From the IMG/VR virus record IMGVR_UViG_3300050821_003948, positions 3,253 through 67,252 of that record: 64,000 nucleotides of DNA. One strand, 5' to 3'. Source of the DNA: a virus. Both the position numbers and the translations under genes were made by a program. Positions 63,917 through 64,000 of this stretch are shown here, in pieces (position 1 is the stretch's first letter; every line of letters begins with the position of its first letter). The notes under the pieces are model-generated. The model had not been told where the DNA came from. It ran no database searches and worked only from the letters and a program-made list of their open reading frames with translations.

Positions 63917-64000
63917 TCGGATATCACGACAACGATGCCGCCCCCTCCGTTGCCGCCTGCGCCGCTGCCGGCTGCGTTATGGGAGGCGCCACCACCGCCG
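63913..64000 (-). CDS. Partial second glycine-rich protein (C-terminus)
   Basis: ...AGSGAGGNGGGGIVVVISE* overlapping the next start codon. Confidence 0.6.
   Translation of the reverse strand, partial: GGGGASHNAAGSGAGGNGGGGIVVVISE

Overview
This window is a ~64 kb segment of a tailed dsDNA phage genome with a podovirus-like, P22-like tail gene set. The likely host is an alphaproteobacterium of the Hyphomicrobiales (AADMP..KAP-type outer-membrane protein, CtrA-like boxes). No host genes or prophage junction are visible. Layout: (1) minus strand 1-26 kb: head module (major capsid, scaffold, GroES-like protein, portal, terminases) with an embedded sugar-modification cluster, then replication and DNA-modification genes and a Cro-like gene with no adjacent cI; (2) plus strand 26-39 kb: an array of short early/accessory genes containing a tyrosine integrase; (3) minus strand 39-64 kb: lysis, internal-virion and tail genes, with an IS1595-family transposase locus. 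The main unexplained signal is ~27 dispersed bipartite DNA sites in 5 subfamilies, most at gene junctions. They share an outer TTG(G/A/T)(G/C)TCA or TTTG(G)TTAG box, and most have helically phased spacers. Their orientations alternate like balanced brackets around 1-4-gene modules, including essential genes, which suggests an undescribed module-exchange or cassette system. A separate TTAA-N7-TTA(A/G)C motif marks the junctions of the early-gene array. All protein family calls come from manual motif recognition; no database search was run.
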